DNA of 64,000 nt from Neodothiora populina (lineage: Eukaryota), in the NCBI RefSeq assembly GCF_041146345.1, contig NW_027191415.1, forward strand, positions 930,001-994,000. The letters are read 5' to 3'. Of the stretch, positions 1-13,115 are shown piece after piece. The position numbers and the translations under genes are program-made. The notes beneath the pieces were generated by a model. That model made no database searches. It had not been told where the DNA came from and was given only the letters and a program-made list of their open reading frames with translations. The number at the start of each line of letters is the position of its first letter. Positions within the stretch are counted from its first letter, which is position 1.

Positions 1-1467
1 TTGTCACAACAGAGTAGCCGCGCAGTGTAGACTCCGTGGAAATGAGTCTGCAAGTGAAATCGGGAGGTGTGTCTGTCTTTTTCCCTTGGGCTGGGTGTAG
101 CAAAAAGACACTTCCAGAGTTTGTGGATACTACCAGAGATTCTTCGTTAAGGAAAGCAAAGCCACGGAACTTGTCGGGCGTTTTGGTGAGCTCGGCTGGA
201 GCACCAGACAGGACATCGTTGAGAGACCAGGTCTGAAAGAGATCGGTCTGAACAGCAAAGGGCGTATCATGCTCACTTAGCACTACTCTGCCGTCTGCGC
301 CCCCTGTGGCAATCGTCAAGCTGCCTTTGGGATTTCTAGCAACAGCAGAGGCCCAGATATTCTTGCCAGAATGCGCATGTGTCTTTGACAATTGCATGAG
401 TGGGGAGGGTTCATCGGTCGATGAAGTAGCCCCCGGCAGTGGTGGAGTGAATTTCCAGAGTAAAGAAGATGCGTCTTCTCCATAAGACGCGAGATAAGTT
501 GACGTAGCATTCGACGGACATGGCAGGAAGCGTATGTCCCATATGCGTGAAGCATGAGCCCATACCTTTGCAATGCAGTTGCCAGAGATTGTCTTGTCCG
601 GCAAAGCGTCTGCAACATTGACGCCAAAGCCAGTGTCTCTAGCAGAACGCAAGTCCGACGCTGCCTGAGGGTCCAGGGGCGTCTCTGACAAGTTCGAAAT
701 GTCCCACAATCGAATGGTCCGATCATCGCTACAGCTTGCGAGAAGTGATGCATGACGCTCACCTGAGGTTGTCGTTTCTGATTCAAGCATACGCACTCCG
801 AATATCGAGCCTTCGTGGCCACAGATGAGTTGGTGCAAGACAGACTTGGACAGATCATTGTGACCACGGTGGTAAGACCATAGGATAATCTCGCCAAACA
901 CGGTTCCGGAAGCAATCAGGATATGGTCTTGCGAGAGCCAACATATGTTTGCCGAGTAGAGGATGCATCTAGAGGTATATGTGAGATGAGTGATTTCTAC
1001 ACCATGTGACGATGTGACATCGAGATCCAGCAAGAGCAGAGCATTATGCGCAGTCAGAGCAGCAGCAAGGCAGTGGACGTCAGCATGCGCACGAGGGCAA
1101 AGGGCAATGTCCAGTATCCAATCGTCAGCCTGAGCTGTCGATATCGGCTGGACGACGTTCTGGGCCTCTGAGAAAGCAAGAAGACGGAAGACGCTTATGA
1201 ATGGACCACCCCATACGATGGCCGTGTCTCCTGACAATACAATTCCATGGATGGCGTGTGAGGCAAAGACACGATGGGATTGAACGACAGCATTGTCGCC
1301 TCGATTGTATATCTTCAGCAATGGTCCTTGGCCAGCAAATAGGTGATGCTCGCTAAAAGCCAGCGCGGTCACGGGGACACGATGATGTGCATGCTGAAAT
1401 TTTATTGAGTTGAATGTTCAAGTAGGGAGAAACAGATGGAGCCGGGGTTTCGACTTACCTGAAGCAT
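1..1467 (-). CDS. TRM734: WD40-repeat protein Trm734/Rtt10 (WDR6 ortholog), non-catalytic subunit of the tRNA 2'-O-methyltransferase; 3' part runs off the window
   Basis: Absent from the ORF track because the frame has no stop in the window. Micro-exon ATG CTT CAG at 1467-1459, intron 1458-1394 (GTAAGT...TTTCAG), then a frame consistent from 1393 to 1: MLQHAHHRVPVTALAF..., LIASGTVFGEIILW, GHEGSIFGV, ASCSDDRTIRLWD, ATGGADGRV, all typical WDR6/Trm734 motifs. Confidence 0.85.
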
Positions 1468-2034
1468 CAGGACAAGCACAGTGTTTGTGGAATGGGGCAA
1501 GAGTCGAGATGGCTACCCCCACCATATATAAGTGAAAAATCCAGGTGTAATGATTTTGGCAGGCAGTCCACAAAGATGTGATGTCCGAGACCTCACGCTG
1601 ATATGCAGCCGGCTGGTGAAGACGTTCAGTTCAGTCCATTACATATATCTACCAGCGCCACTTCCAGATGTAATACCTTGTGCTATTAAATGCTGGATGC
1701 CATATGGATATCACATGTTCTGGCAGAATATACTGTACATGTACAACAGAGGCTTGGCAGCAATTCTCAAAGACAATTAAGGTTGCGACTTCTTGAAGAT
1801 TAGCGTCGGGGTTTGGACGAGTTCCTGCCGATAACGTCGGAAATCTTCTGGATCGTCTTTTTACAGAAAGTTACTGTATAATTATTCTTATCATTGTTTC
1901 ATCCACCGTAATAGCCATTCCTCACCACTTGGCGCAATCGGCAAACATGTGTTGATCGAACAAACAGATCGTCAGAACACATAACCTCGGACTGAGCAGC
2001 TACAGGAAAAACAGACAAGGACGAAAAGTGCAGG

Positions 2035-5007
2035 ATGGATATCCACCGTTCTCGCTTCGTAGCATACCCTTCGTCGCCCATCAACACTCTCGCCTTCTCC
2101 CGATCGAATGACAAGAACCTGACCGAGCCGAAGCCCGCGCTCAAGCTCGCTCTGGGCCGCGCGAACGGCGACATTGAGATATGGAATGCAGACAAGGGCA
2201 ACTGGGTGCAAGAGATCATCTTCCCTGCGAGCGACGACCGCAGCGTCGACGCTCTGGCCTGGATTCAAGAGCCGGACGAGACAGACCACGAGGGGAAGGC
2301 AGTCTTGGGTCAGTTGCGTCTGTTCAGCATCGGATCCACCCCTGCTGTGACCGAGTGGGACCTGCAGACGGGTCTGGCAGCGAGGACGTCGACGGGCAAC
2401 TTCAGCGAGGTCTGGTGCTTCGCTGCGCAACCGCGGTGGAAAGCTTCCAAGGGCGCCGCCGACGCTGCTCGTGAGCGTGAGGGAGAGTTCCGTGGACAGA
2501 ACATTGTCATTGGTTGTGGCGATGGCTCGCTGGCTCTGCTCTCTACCGCCGACGATGATCTCGTCTTCCAGAGATTCCTCGCTCGCTCCTCGAACCGCAA
2601 GGCGAGATGCATGAGCGTGACATGGCAAAACCGCAACACCATTGTTGCTGGGTTCACCGACAGCACCATTCGCGTCTTTGATGCCCGCAGTGGTGCTATG
2701 CTCCGCAACATGAGTCTGGGAGCCGGCGTTCCTGGTTCGCCGCGCGATTCCTTGGTCTGGCGCCTGAAGTGTCTGCCTGATGGCAACATTGTCTCGGCCG
2801 ACTCCAACGGGGAAGTTCGCATCTGGGACGGAAGCACCTATGCCTTGTCTCAGCGCCTGCTTGGCCACGAGTCCGACTGTCTTGAGCTGATCACAAGCAC
2901 TGATGGCCAGACCATCTTTTCTGGAGGCATGGACGGGCGTATCGCAGTGTATAAGCTTGGGGCGAGAGAGGGTGACAAGAAGGGACGCTGGGCCAAGGTC
3001 AGCCACAGGCGTATGCACGACGGCGACATCAAGGCCATGGCCGTCTACGATACGAAACAGATGAGTATCGTCGTGTCCGGAGGTAAGACTACGACTTCAA
3101 ACGCCATTATTCCCTCAGACTGACAATATCCAGGACTCGACACTACCCCTGTTGTGACCCCGCTCCGTAGCTTTGGCCAGCAGCATCATCGAAGACTGCC
3201 CGGTCTGCCGCAATCTTCCGTATGCGCCAGTGCTCCTAGCCAACGTCTACTCGTGACCTGGTGGGACCGAGAGATCAGCATATGGCGCATCAACAAGCCA
3301 GACCCCGAAAGGATATCACCCGTCCCTGAGCAACCGCGGAAGCTACTCTCCCGCATTGCCATCCAAGGCGAACACGTCATATCATCTGCGACCATCTCGG
3401 AGGACGGATCGCTTCTGGCAGTCGCAACGTTGACTTCCATCAAGGCCTTCCATCTCAGTCCTACAAACGACCCCATGGATGACCGTCTTAGAGTCCGCAA
3501 GCTGGCCCTCCCTGAAGACTTTGATTCTATGGGCGCAAGACTAGTCGCTTTCTCCCCAGACTCGCGCTGGTTGGCCGTGGTCGCCGCTGACAGCGAGGTG
3601 CACATCGCTCGACTGGACGAAGCTGGTCGGTCTGGGCACCTTGCTTTCCTACCTCCTAGCGTCGAACTGGATCGCATCACGCGCAGAAACACAAAGCAAA
3701 GCGGTCTGCACAAGTACGAGAAGACCATCACCAAACTGGCCTTCTCACCAGACAGCGCGCTTCTCGTTGCAGGCGATCTTTCCGGCTATCTTGACAGCTG
3801 GGTTCTACATGGTCACTTTGACGAAACCGCTCCATCGACCGATACTGCCAAAGTCTTGGCCTCTGGCTCGCCAGAAGACGACCCATCATCCGACTCAGAC
3901 TCGGATTCCGACAGCGATGACGAGGACGAGAATACCATTTTCTACGCTCAACATTGGGCCGAGAATCCTTCAGGCAATCTCTTGCCCAAGCTCGACTCGG
4001 CAGCATTGATCCTGTCTTTCAGACCTTCCACAACCAAGGTCTCCCAGTCGGTCAATGGCAACCCCGGTGTTCACGCCACACGCAACAACCCTCACGCTCA
4101 CTCCACCGCCCTACCAAACACCAAATCACCCCTTTTCGTAGTCACAGCCCAGCACCAAGTGTACGAGTTTGACGTCCTGGCCGGCAAACTCACAGACTGG
4201 TCTCGCCGCAACCCCACCACTGTGCTCCCCGCCGAATTCCACAGCATCAAGGACAGAGTCATGGGCCTCGTATGGGACGTGAACCAGACCCGCGCACGCA
4301 CCTGGCTCTACGGCAGCAACTGGGTCGGCATGCTGGACCTATCGCAGAACTACGAGCAACAACAAGTCGGCGGCGAAGACGCTCTCGAGGACGGCATCGT
4401 CGAGTCCGAATACCAGACCCCTGGCAAGAAGCGAAAGAGACGCGAGAGCCAAGTCGGCGGCAGCAAGCGCAACAAGCTCCTCGAGCAACGAAGACGATCA
4501 AACGGCGCGGTTGGCAGTCTGGGCGCAGGCGGCAGAATAGCCGACGCCGAGCGACTCGGCACATCTGGCGAAGTCAAAAGAATCGAAGACGGCAAAGTCG
4601 TCGTCGTCGTCGACGGACCTCGCGACGTCGCAAGGATGATCGAGGACGGCCGCCAAGACAACGATGACGAGGACGACGACGACGACGACGATGGTGACGA
4701 CGACGATGCCATGGTCGACGACATGGACGTCGGGCCTCTGAGACGGGCAAACGATGACAACACAGAGGTCGACGGAGGATCAAAAGATCGCAGACGCAAG
4801 TGGTGGTGCACCTACAGATACCGACCCATTCTGGGCATGGTGCCCATTGGACAACAACAACAACAACAACAACAAGACGACGACGACGACGACACAGCAA
4901 CACCGTCGACGAATACCGCCGACGATTCCCTGCAAGAGGCTGTCCTCGTCGAGCGACCACTGTGGGATCTACCGCATCTGAAAGACCTGATTCAAAGCAA
5001 AGCTTGA
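2035..5007 (+). CDS. UTP4: U3 snoRNP / t-UTP subunit Utp4 (WD40)
   Basis: Exons 2035-3082 and 3134-5007; intron GTAAGA...CTGAC...CAG. N-terminus MDIHRSRFVAYPSSPINTLAFS, LALGRANGDIEIWN, several WD repeats, C-terminal WWCTYRYRPILG and LVERPLWDL match fungal Utp4. Confidence 0.9.
4852..4892 (+). repeat. Compound (CAA)n(GAC)n microsatellite encoding polyQ-polyD in UTP4
   Basis: caacaacaa...gacgacgac read directly; a further (GAC)n polyD tract lies at about 4663-4710. Confidence 0.9.
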
Positions 5008-5080
5008 TCGAGGGTTCTGACTAGTCACTCCACAATCGTATCGTTGTTTTTTATCTCTGTCAGTCGGTTTATATATATGC

Positions 5081-5110
5081 ATGGCATGGCATGGCATGGC
5101 ATGGCATGGC
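5081..5110. repeat. (ATGGC)6 pentanucleotide microsatellite 3' of UTP4
   Basis: Six perfect atggc units, preceded by a short (TA)n tract. Confidence 0.9.
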
Positions 5111-5817
5111 TGGCATGCACCAAGCATTCTTCATTCGTCATTCGAGACACAAGGCGCTCAAAAAGAACCAACCAAAAAGCAAGAGCATATTAGATCTGGA
5201 GGGGGGTGGTAGAGTGTATCTATATTTCCATATATCTCCAGAACGGTGTAAATGTCAAAAGATCCACCTACCGCTGTATTAACAGCGTCGATTGAGGAGA
5301 CTGTTCATTGTCATGTTACTGTTCTTTTTCGTGCCGTCGCGACATTTTGTACTTGCTAGGGACTGACCTTGCGAAAGGGGTAATCGGTAGTCTTGCTTTC
5401 CCCTTCCTGTCTCTCACTAGCTGGAGGATAATGCAACAATGCGGTAGTAAGAGCCATGATTCATCTATACAGACACACTATCGATAAAGCAGGGTCAAGG
5501 GGATTTATTTGTTTGTTTTCAAGTTTATTCATACAATCGCTTCCTCTTACGTCTGGGAGAATGCTATCTATATACATCGGATCTGACCGTTTACGTTGTC
5601 TGGTCGCTCGCCCCATCTTCACCTCTGTCCCGTGCGTCATGTCATGTGGAGCCATTAGACGCCCCTGTGTGTCTGCTATAGAAAGAAAAATGAAAGAAAA
5701 AACCACCACTCAGAACGCCGCGCCATGCCCAAAGCTAAAGTATCGAAGGACTCGATTCATCTTCCCTCTTCATGCGATTCAAAGAGAAACCCCCAAGAAA
5801 AGAGAAAGAGGTCAAAT

Positions 5818-6984
5818 CTAGTTATGGCGGTAAGGCTCATACGGCGACTTGGTATACCCATACTCGGTCGCCTCGCCATGACCATACGGCGGAACGGCGA
5901 CCTGCGTCAGCGGCACGTGATCGTCGGCGGCTCCATGACGCTCGGCATACGGGCTCTCGACAGGCGCATAGCCCGAGCGACCACCGCTGGCGAACTTCTC
6001 GTTATCTGCGCCGCCGCGGTTGCCGCGGCCGAAGCCAGGGAAGGCTCGCGATGGCGCGGCTTGGTTGTTGGCCTTGATGTTGTCGCTCTTGCCGCTGCAG
6101 CAGCAGATGGAGAAGAGCCAGAAGAAGGTGGCGACGAGAGTGAATGCTGTGGCGAGCCAGGTGACGGCTAGCATGTGCGTGTTGGTTGTGAAGTCGACGT
6201 TGTAGTCTTTGAAGGTTTCCTTCAGCGCTTTGACGAGGAGAGGGAACATGATGCTCGCTGTTATGGAGCCTCCGAATACGAGAACTGTCGCTAGCTGTCA
6301 TGTCGGGTTAGTATTTGATCTAGTGATGTAGAGTGGTTGGATACTTACGATGGAGGTGATGAAGGTCAAGAAGCTGAAGAAGCGGGTGAAGACAGCCAAG
6401 CATCCAAAGACAACAGTACCGAGAAGCAGCCACAGAGAGGCAAAGTAGGCTGACCACAACCATGCGGAGACCTTCTTGTAGGTCTTGAGAGCGTCGCGCG
6501 CACTCTTGTCCAAGAGCTGATCCTCAAGAGCCGTGGTGTTGCTCGCTAGACTCTCCAGCGCCACAAGCACATTGCTGTCGGCACCGGCCGAGGTACCCGT
6601 CGAGTTGATGATGCTCTCGATGTTCCACACCTCCAGAGGGTTGAACCAGAAGTTACGCTTGCGTGCGGAGCACCAGTCGACATCACTGCTGTTGCTCGTC
6701 GAGTCTGACGTGGAGTTTACGGTGCAATAATTCCAGAGGTTGATGCGGTACTGATCAGCAATGTCGCCACTGTCCTTGGCGGCTTCTAACAGCAACGATA
6801 GCTCGGTGGAGGATGACGAGCTCGTCGTGAAATTCGAAAAGTCCGCTTCGAAGAAGTAAAGATCGTTAAGGGTGTCCGAGTGCTTGGAGAATCCACCGAG
6901 GTTGATGAGGATAATGCAAACGAACGAGGCGATGCTCAGGGCCAGAGGCGTGAATATGCACGCAGCTCTCCCGGCTTTTCCCAT
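5818..6984 (-). CDS. SUR7/PalI family four-TM membrane protein
   Basis: Exons 6984-6349 and 6294-5818; intron GTAAGT...CTAAC...CAG. N-terminal TM, YRINLWNYC motif, FWFNPLEVW, three more TMs, and a CCC-bearing cytosolic tail. Confidence 0.85.
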
Positions 6985-8373
6985 GATTTTTGGGTTTTTA
7001 TGTTTCTATGATTGTGGTATACTAGTTTTGGTTCTCCTAGATGTAGTGGCCAGAAATCCAGAAGTGGTACTTGAAGAAGTGGTACTGGAATGTGGTGACC
7101 TTGTTCTATAAAGCTGACAGCAGCCTTGTGTAGAGTTGCGAAGACGGCTTGAGCGACTGACTAAAACAACACACACACGATGATGTACTTTGGAAAGGAT
7201 GATTGTTCTACAGCACATCATATATACTACCTGGTATCGGTGAGACTCAACACCCTCCCTTACCTACTGAACTGCGCATTGATAGTCGTCACCCGTGCGG
7301 GCGTGGCAGGCTCAGCCTCCTCCATCACCTCGCAACGCATCTATTTTCTGCGCATGAGTCTTGTACCCAGCCCCTAGGGCCAAGCAAATGCACTCTACCC
7401 CGTACGACGTCCTTCTCGGGCCACAACATTACGTGCACTGGGGAAAGCGAAAGTGAAGAAAGACGACGTGCCTCACTACTCTATGCAGAACACCGTATTT
7501 TGTATATGCAAGGCATTGCCCCGAACGAACGAAGCATATTTCAATGACCGGGGATGAACATCGGGGGAAACGCACAACAGCCAAGACGGGTCGTTGCCTA
7601 ACTGGCAGTGATTTTGGTGTCTGGTGGCGGGATCCTTCAAGCCACGCAGGGGCCGCGTCACCAGCCCTACTGCGAGAAGCAAGTCTATCAGCTCCGTACG
7701 CAAGGCGCACTACAAGCCATGAAACACACGAGGCACGATGCTGCACAATGCAAAGCGAGATTATTCGTCATCATCGACCATGTGTATTTTGATCTGCAAC
7801 TCTACTCCAGCTTCCACGGTCTGCCCGCACTCATTCCGGGCATGAGGCTCATGCATGATAAAGTAAATCGTAAAAAGAAAAAAGAGAAATAGACAAGACA
7901 CTAGGAGCTTGACGCGACTGCCCTCGAAATAGGCCGTTGCAAACGAGTACGCGGTATAAACTCCCGAGCGCACAGTGAAGCCTCTCACAAGGTATCAAGC
8001 CATGCCCCGATGTGACGCCGCACAAAACAGAAAGTCCCATACGCCTTGCGACCGCTGGTATGCCCGTGAAGCAAGACTGTTATCCGAGTCCCGTGAACTC
8101 CAAAAATGTCCAAAATAGTGTGACAAACGAGAAAAACTGAATGATGGCCTGAAGTAGGCGACACCCCCTGAGCCAAGCCGGCGAATGCTGTCGATTGACG
8201 GCGCAGCTTTCCCTTGCCTCAGGCACGGTGAGAGGTAAGGTTGGGGTTTTGATATGGATGGATTGTGGCAACGAAGAGAACAGAAGAAATGTTGACTTCG
8301 GATTGCCGTATTGATTAGTCGTATATCAACAATGTATATGTCTGGTGCATGTGAGTTGGTGTCGACTGGCTGC

Positions 8374-9750
8374 TCAATGCTGACGTTGATCCCTCGGTAG
8401 GTTGGGATCTTGCATCGGGCCGCGTGAATGGGCCCGTAGTGCTTCTCGTTCTCTTTGCTGCTCGAGAGCCTTTTGGGCATCGACGTTGGCTCTCGAGCCA
8501 CCGGGCCACATGCGACTGATCTCCTTGGCCAGGTTCTCGATCATGTATTGACGGAACTCTCGGTCCTCGCGCATGTCTTCGCCTTCCAAGCGGAACTTGT
8601 CCGTCTTGTTCATGTCTCGTCGGCGCATCGAACGGATCTCGTCCATGATGTGTAATAATGCAGCCTCGGAAGCCTTGTCGCGTGGGTTGCCATACCTGGC
8701 GGGGTTGCGAACGTAACGACGGGTGACGTCCATGGCTCCGTCCGATGAAAAGGCAATGCAGTAACCGAGTCTCTTCTTCCAGCCTGTTGACGAACGTGTT
8801 AGTACTGGAAAAACAAGGGGTAAAGCTCAAGAGAGTCACGTACCTTGTGTGTAGATGAGGGGCTGATCCCACAGCTCCTCGACACAGTCGACATGGATCC
8901 ATCGCTTGCGGTGGACACTGTAGACTTCGGTCCAGACATGATCCTCACTGTTCCATACCCAGCGGACCCGACTGCCGACAGCCCTGGCGAGCATGCCGAA
9001 GCACGTTGCCCACTCACCAACACGGCCACGTCTGGTCTGCAGCAGGACGAAAGCATCGTTGTAGCGCGGGAAGCGTTCGTAGGCGTGGCAGTTTGCGTTG
9101 GAGCATTGGTACAGCTCGACTCTGCCGGCGCCCCTGGCCTGCTCGTCGGGTATGGGGGCAGCCATGCCCATGGCTATCGTGGGGGCGTTGCATTTGCTGC
9201 ATTGCGGATTGTTGATCCAGGAGAAGAAGTGCTTGCGGAACCAGCGCATCAGCGCCCTGACGACACAGTCTTGGTATCCCCATGCGGGCTTTGTGTTGGG
9301 ACCGAGAGAGGCAGCCTCGGCCATGAAGAGATCCGACTCTTCCTGTGCAGCGTCGTAGATGCGCTCGAGAGGGATGACTCGGAGGGCCTCGTCCAGCAGA
9401 CCCGGGTTCTCCCAGCGGGTGGGCGTCTGTGAGAGGGATATGAGAAGGTTTCTGAGCTTGAGCGAAGTGCGATCCGAAGGCGCAGTCGGGATGAGGGGGA
9501 GGTTGCGCAGAGAGGCATATGACGGCAAGGCCGAGGAGTGATGCGACGTTGACGTCGACGTCGACGTCGAACGAGGCGTTGATGGATCGAACAATCGGGT
9601 AGAGTCCTGCGTCGGTCGGCGATTTAGTGCATTCATGCGCTTCGTGCTCAACAGACGTCTGAATTGATCCGTCAAGTCTTTCGCCCACGTCTCTTTCAGT
9701 CCTTCGGGCACGGCATGCCGCCGACGACTTGATTGCGTGCGGTCGGCCAT
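8374..9750 (-). CDS. PNG1: Peptide:N-glycanase ortholog (transglutaminase-like fold), catalytic Cys replaced by Val
   Basis: Exons 9750-8844 and 8783-8374; intron GTACGT...CTAAC...CAG. Motifs [70 protein letters not shown]. Confidence 0.92.
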
Positions 9751-10639
9751 TGTGGTGTTGTTTGTTAGTAAGGAGTGTGTTTGCTAGTAAGAGGGCGCGC
9801 GGCTGCGAGGGCGTCGACGGCCCGGGTGGCAGGCGGGATGAGGTGGGCGATGAGTGTTATTAACGCAGTGAATTGTCCCTTTTCAGTAGCGGACACGGCA
9901 ATGTGATGTCGGCAGGCTAACGCTCTTCAGGCGGTGCAGAAACAAGGACAGGGTGAGAAGAGCGAAGCGGTAGCGCGATGAGTGTCGCCGAAAACTAAGG
10001 AGAAGGAGGCTGTGGTGATTCTGGCTGTAATTATTGTGGTGATAGTGGTGGTGCTGACTTGGGGTTCCGAGAAGCGATGATTACGGGATGTATTGCGAAC
10101 TTGAAGTGGAAGGCGCGGGCGCAGGGGTACTGTACAAAGGGTACAGGTATAGCGAGTGACAGGATGCCACGACTCGCACCGCCTTCGTTGCGGGATTTGG
10201 AGACGGAGATGGAGATGGAGATGCTGCGGATTCTCTCTGCCTTACACAGGCCAACACTGCGCTACTCTCTCTTCAGCTTCTCTCTTATCTCTTCCTCTGG
10301 TTCTTCTCACTTCACACACTCGCTCGCTCTCTTAAAAAAAAAAAAAAGTGTAGACGCGCTGTATGGAATCGCGGTCTGTCGATTCGATATATGAACGAGG
10401 GTGATGGCAACCTGGAATACAACACAGATAGACAGACAGACAGACACAGACGGCAAAGGTAAGGAATTGAGGGATGGCGGGCCTCGTCATCCGATTGCAT
10501 TATGGAATGCTCTTGGCGGCTCAGACGCGCAAGCCTCGAAACGCACGGTTGTTTTCAATGTGCTTTTCCCTCTAGTCCCAAAGTAGTCCCTTTACTTTCC
10601 ATGCCCTTTCGGCGCCCTTTCAGCCCTCGTGTGCTCACT

Positions 10640-10690
10640 GTCCACCCGCTGTCCACTCATCGTCCACTTGCAGTCCACTCGATTGTCCAC
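10640..10690 (+). repeat. Five phased GTCCAC motifs (spacing 11, 11, 11, 12 bp)
   Basis: GTCCAC starts at 10640, 10651, 10662, 10673 and 10685, with variable spacers. Confidence 0.75.
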
Positions 10691-13115
10691 TCACAGCCCA
10701 TTCAATCTACTCCACTCGCACTTCGGCCACCACCAACACAACTTTCATAGCACACACATCTCTCGCTCGCCCTGGCTGACGCTGGCTTGAGCTACAAGTA
10801 TCGCGTACTCTACCCCCCCAAACCCTCCCTTAGACTCGGCAAGGGCAAGCCTGTCCGCCCGCTATATGCACGCTACCGCCCGTACAGGCTACCCTTCCAA
10901 GGTAATTACCCCGGATCTCACTCCCTGGACGCGTGGTCCTTTGCGTCTTCACCCATCTTCTTGTATTGCTCTTCGAGATCGTCTACGAGTACAGTACTGC
11001 TGCCTTTTGCATTACATGCCACCTTCGGCGCGTGCTTCTCCAAGACAAAGAAAACACAAGCCTGATCGTCCATTAATCACCCATCGGGCATCTTGATCCC
11101 TTTTCCATCTATCGCAAAAGAAAGACCACACTGACGAGCAGTCCGTTCCTTCGGCGCCATTGCTGCCGTACTGTATAGTATATTGCAGTACTGTACGTGA
11201 CTCTGCTTACCGGATACTATTATTACATTACCAAAGAACACATTCCTCCACGAATTTGTAATTGATGACAATCGTCGCACATGTCGCAGTCTCTGTAGAT
11301 GAAAGGGAAAAAAAAAGCCCTACTGCTGTACCAGTCAGCGGCCTGCACCGCTTACCGGTTTCTCTTCTCTCCCAACTCACTTGCACCTCTGCCTTCCCTC
11401 ATCACAGATCTCTGTCAGCGCATCATCGTCATCTTCTCCATCATGCCACATGTACCTACGTACGAGTACACGCATTGCTTCTTCCAATCGCCGTCTTCCC
11501 ATTGAGTAGGCTGAGCTTACGAATGTGAGATAGTGATGCCAAGTCGCCCACTAGTTGCGTACCATCCACGGATAAGGTAATCCGTCTCCACCATTTCCTC
11601 ACGTGCTCCATGGCAAATTTCTCACGTCTACGAGTCCCTCCTCCGCTATAGTGCGGATTTAACATCTGTCTCTCGTTTCCGGAGTCTGGATTCGCTTCTA
11701 CGATTGGTGTTTTGGTCTTTCCCTTCGTGTAACCGAACCATTCCGTATTCCGCCGCCGTGCAATGATCCTTGATTGTTTCATCGTTTGCGACTAATCGTT
11801 TCGTCTGTATCTATACCTCTGCTTTTCCACTGTGTTGAAATAGACAGAACCATATCGTCGACCCGACATTTTGTGTTTTATTTATGGTGTGCTTGCACAT
11901 CGTCGCATCTGCCATGAACTTTCCAACACTTGCACAAGGCAGGTATTCGAAGCTATCAAAGTGCTCTGAGAGTAAGCCATGCGATAGGCTGTAAAGCAAG
12001 CGCAGCCTCGACAGTCGAATCGACGCCTTCAGAGAGGTGGACGTTCATAGCGCGCTTCCGTGATACCCACCCATCTGTTCACCGCTCGGTGTAAAGACGT
12101 GAATTGATTGTGAGAATCGCCACGGTCCGGAGTTTTCTTGTTATGCTATCTGCTGTCGAGTGTCGAGCATGAGCAAGTGTCTCACAACATCCCATAATGG
12201 TCAGCTTAAGCGATTGTCCTAGGGCGGATCCATGTGTATGTGTTGCACCTTACTTTGCAGACCATACATGCAGCATACCTCATGCCTTTCCATTGTCATC
12301 CGGCGCATCAGACCATTATCCGCTCCAAATATAGCCTCCGCAGAAAACATGATCTAGAATGGCGTCTTCATATAGCTGCGTCTATTTAGGGCCTTTGTCG
12401 TTTGTATCACCTTGGATATGGACATCGTATCGCTTGTTCGGTCCAATCTCCGTTCAGCCGACCGACTGACTGCCCTAACGAACGACTGTAAATACTTCTG
12501 CACTTTCCAGAGAACCGGTGCTTCATTCTAAGCATTGACATGCTGGAAACGGTGCATGGCGTCCTTGGCGGAGAGCACTCCGGCGCGGGCGAAGGCAGAT
12601 ATTGTACCTTTGCAGACAGAGCTCCGTACGGCTGTCGGTATAATGTGCTTCCACTGCTTGTTGAGGTCTGCGAAAAAAGCTTGAGTCATCCATCAAGTAG
12701 ATGTGCAGTGATGTACGGAGTACAGTGCATGAACCATGACTCAGTTCCCTGCCGATCATGGACACTACTACGGAGTACTGTATAGCCCACTTCTCGCGCC
12801 AACAACACTATCTTATCTCTATTGCGCGCTCCACTTGACTACCCATCGACATGGAAAATACCTGTTATTGGACTCAACATACAGTAGATGTGGATCCAGG
12901 CATAGATATGAGCTTCATCATCCAGTATAGTATTTCTTGATGACCAAAATGTATATGACGCGAGCCTCGGTCCACCTCGTGCGCATAAGATAATCCTCGA
13001 ACCCCCTCATCTTCATCAACTTTTTCCTATCTTGAAGACTCGGTGTACGAATTTCCTTTTCCTTCCACGTATATCATCGCCAGTTCCAGACTGCTCCATA
13101 ATCAACAGGGTCTCC

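Noticed and set aside
316..915. 199-aa minus-strand ORF
   Set aside because: Alternative frame within the Trm734 gene; the motif-bearing frame is a different one.
1972..3018. 348-aa minus-strand ORF and other long ORFs overlapping UTP4
   Set aside because: Antisense shadows of a GC-rich, codon-biased gene; no recognisable motifs.
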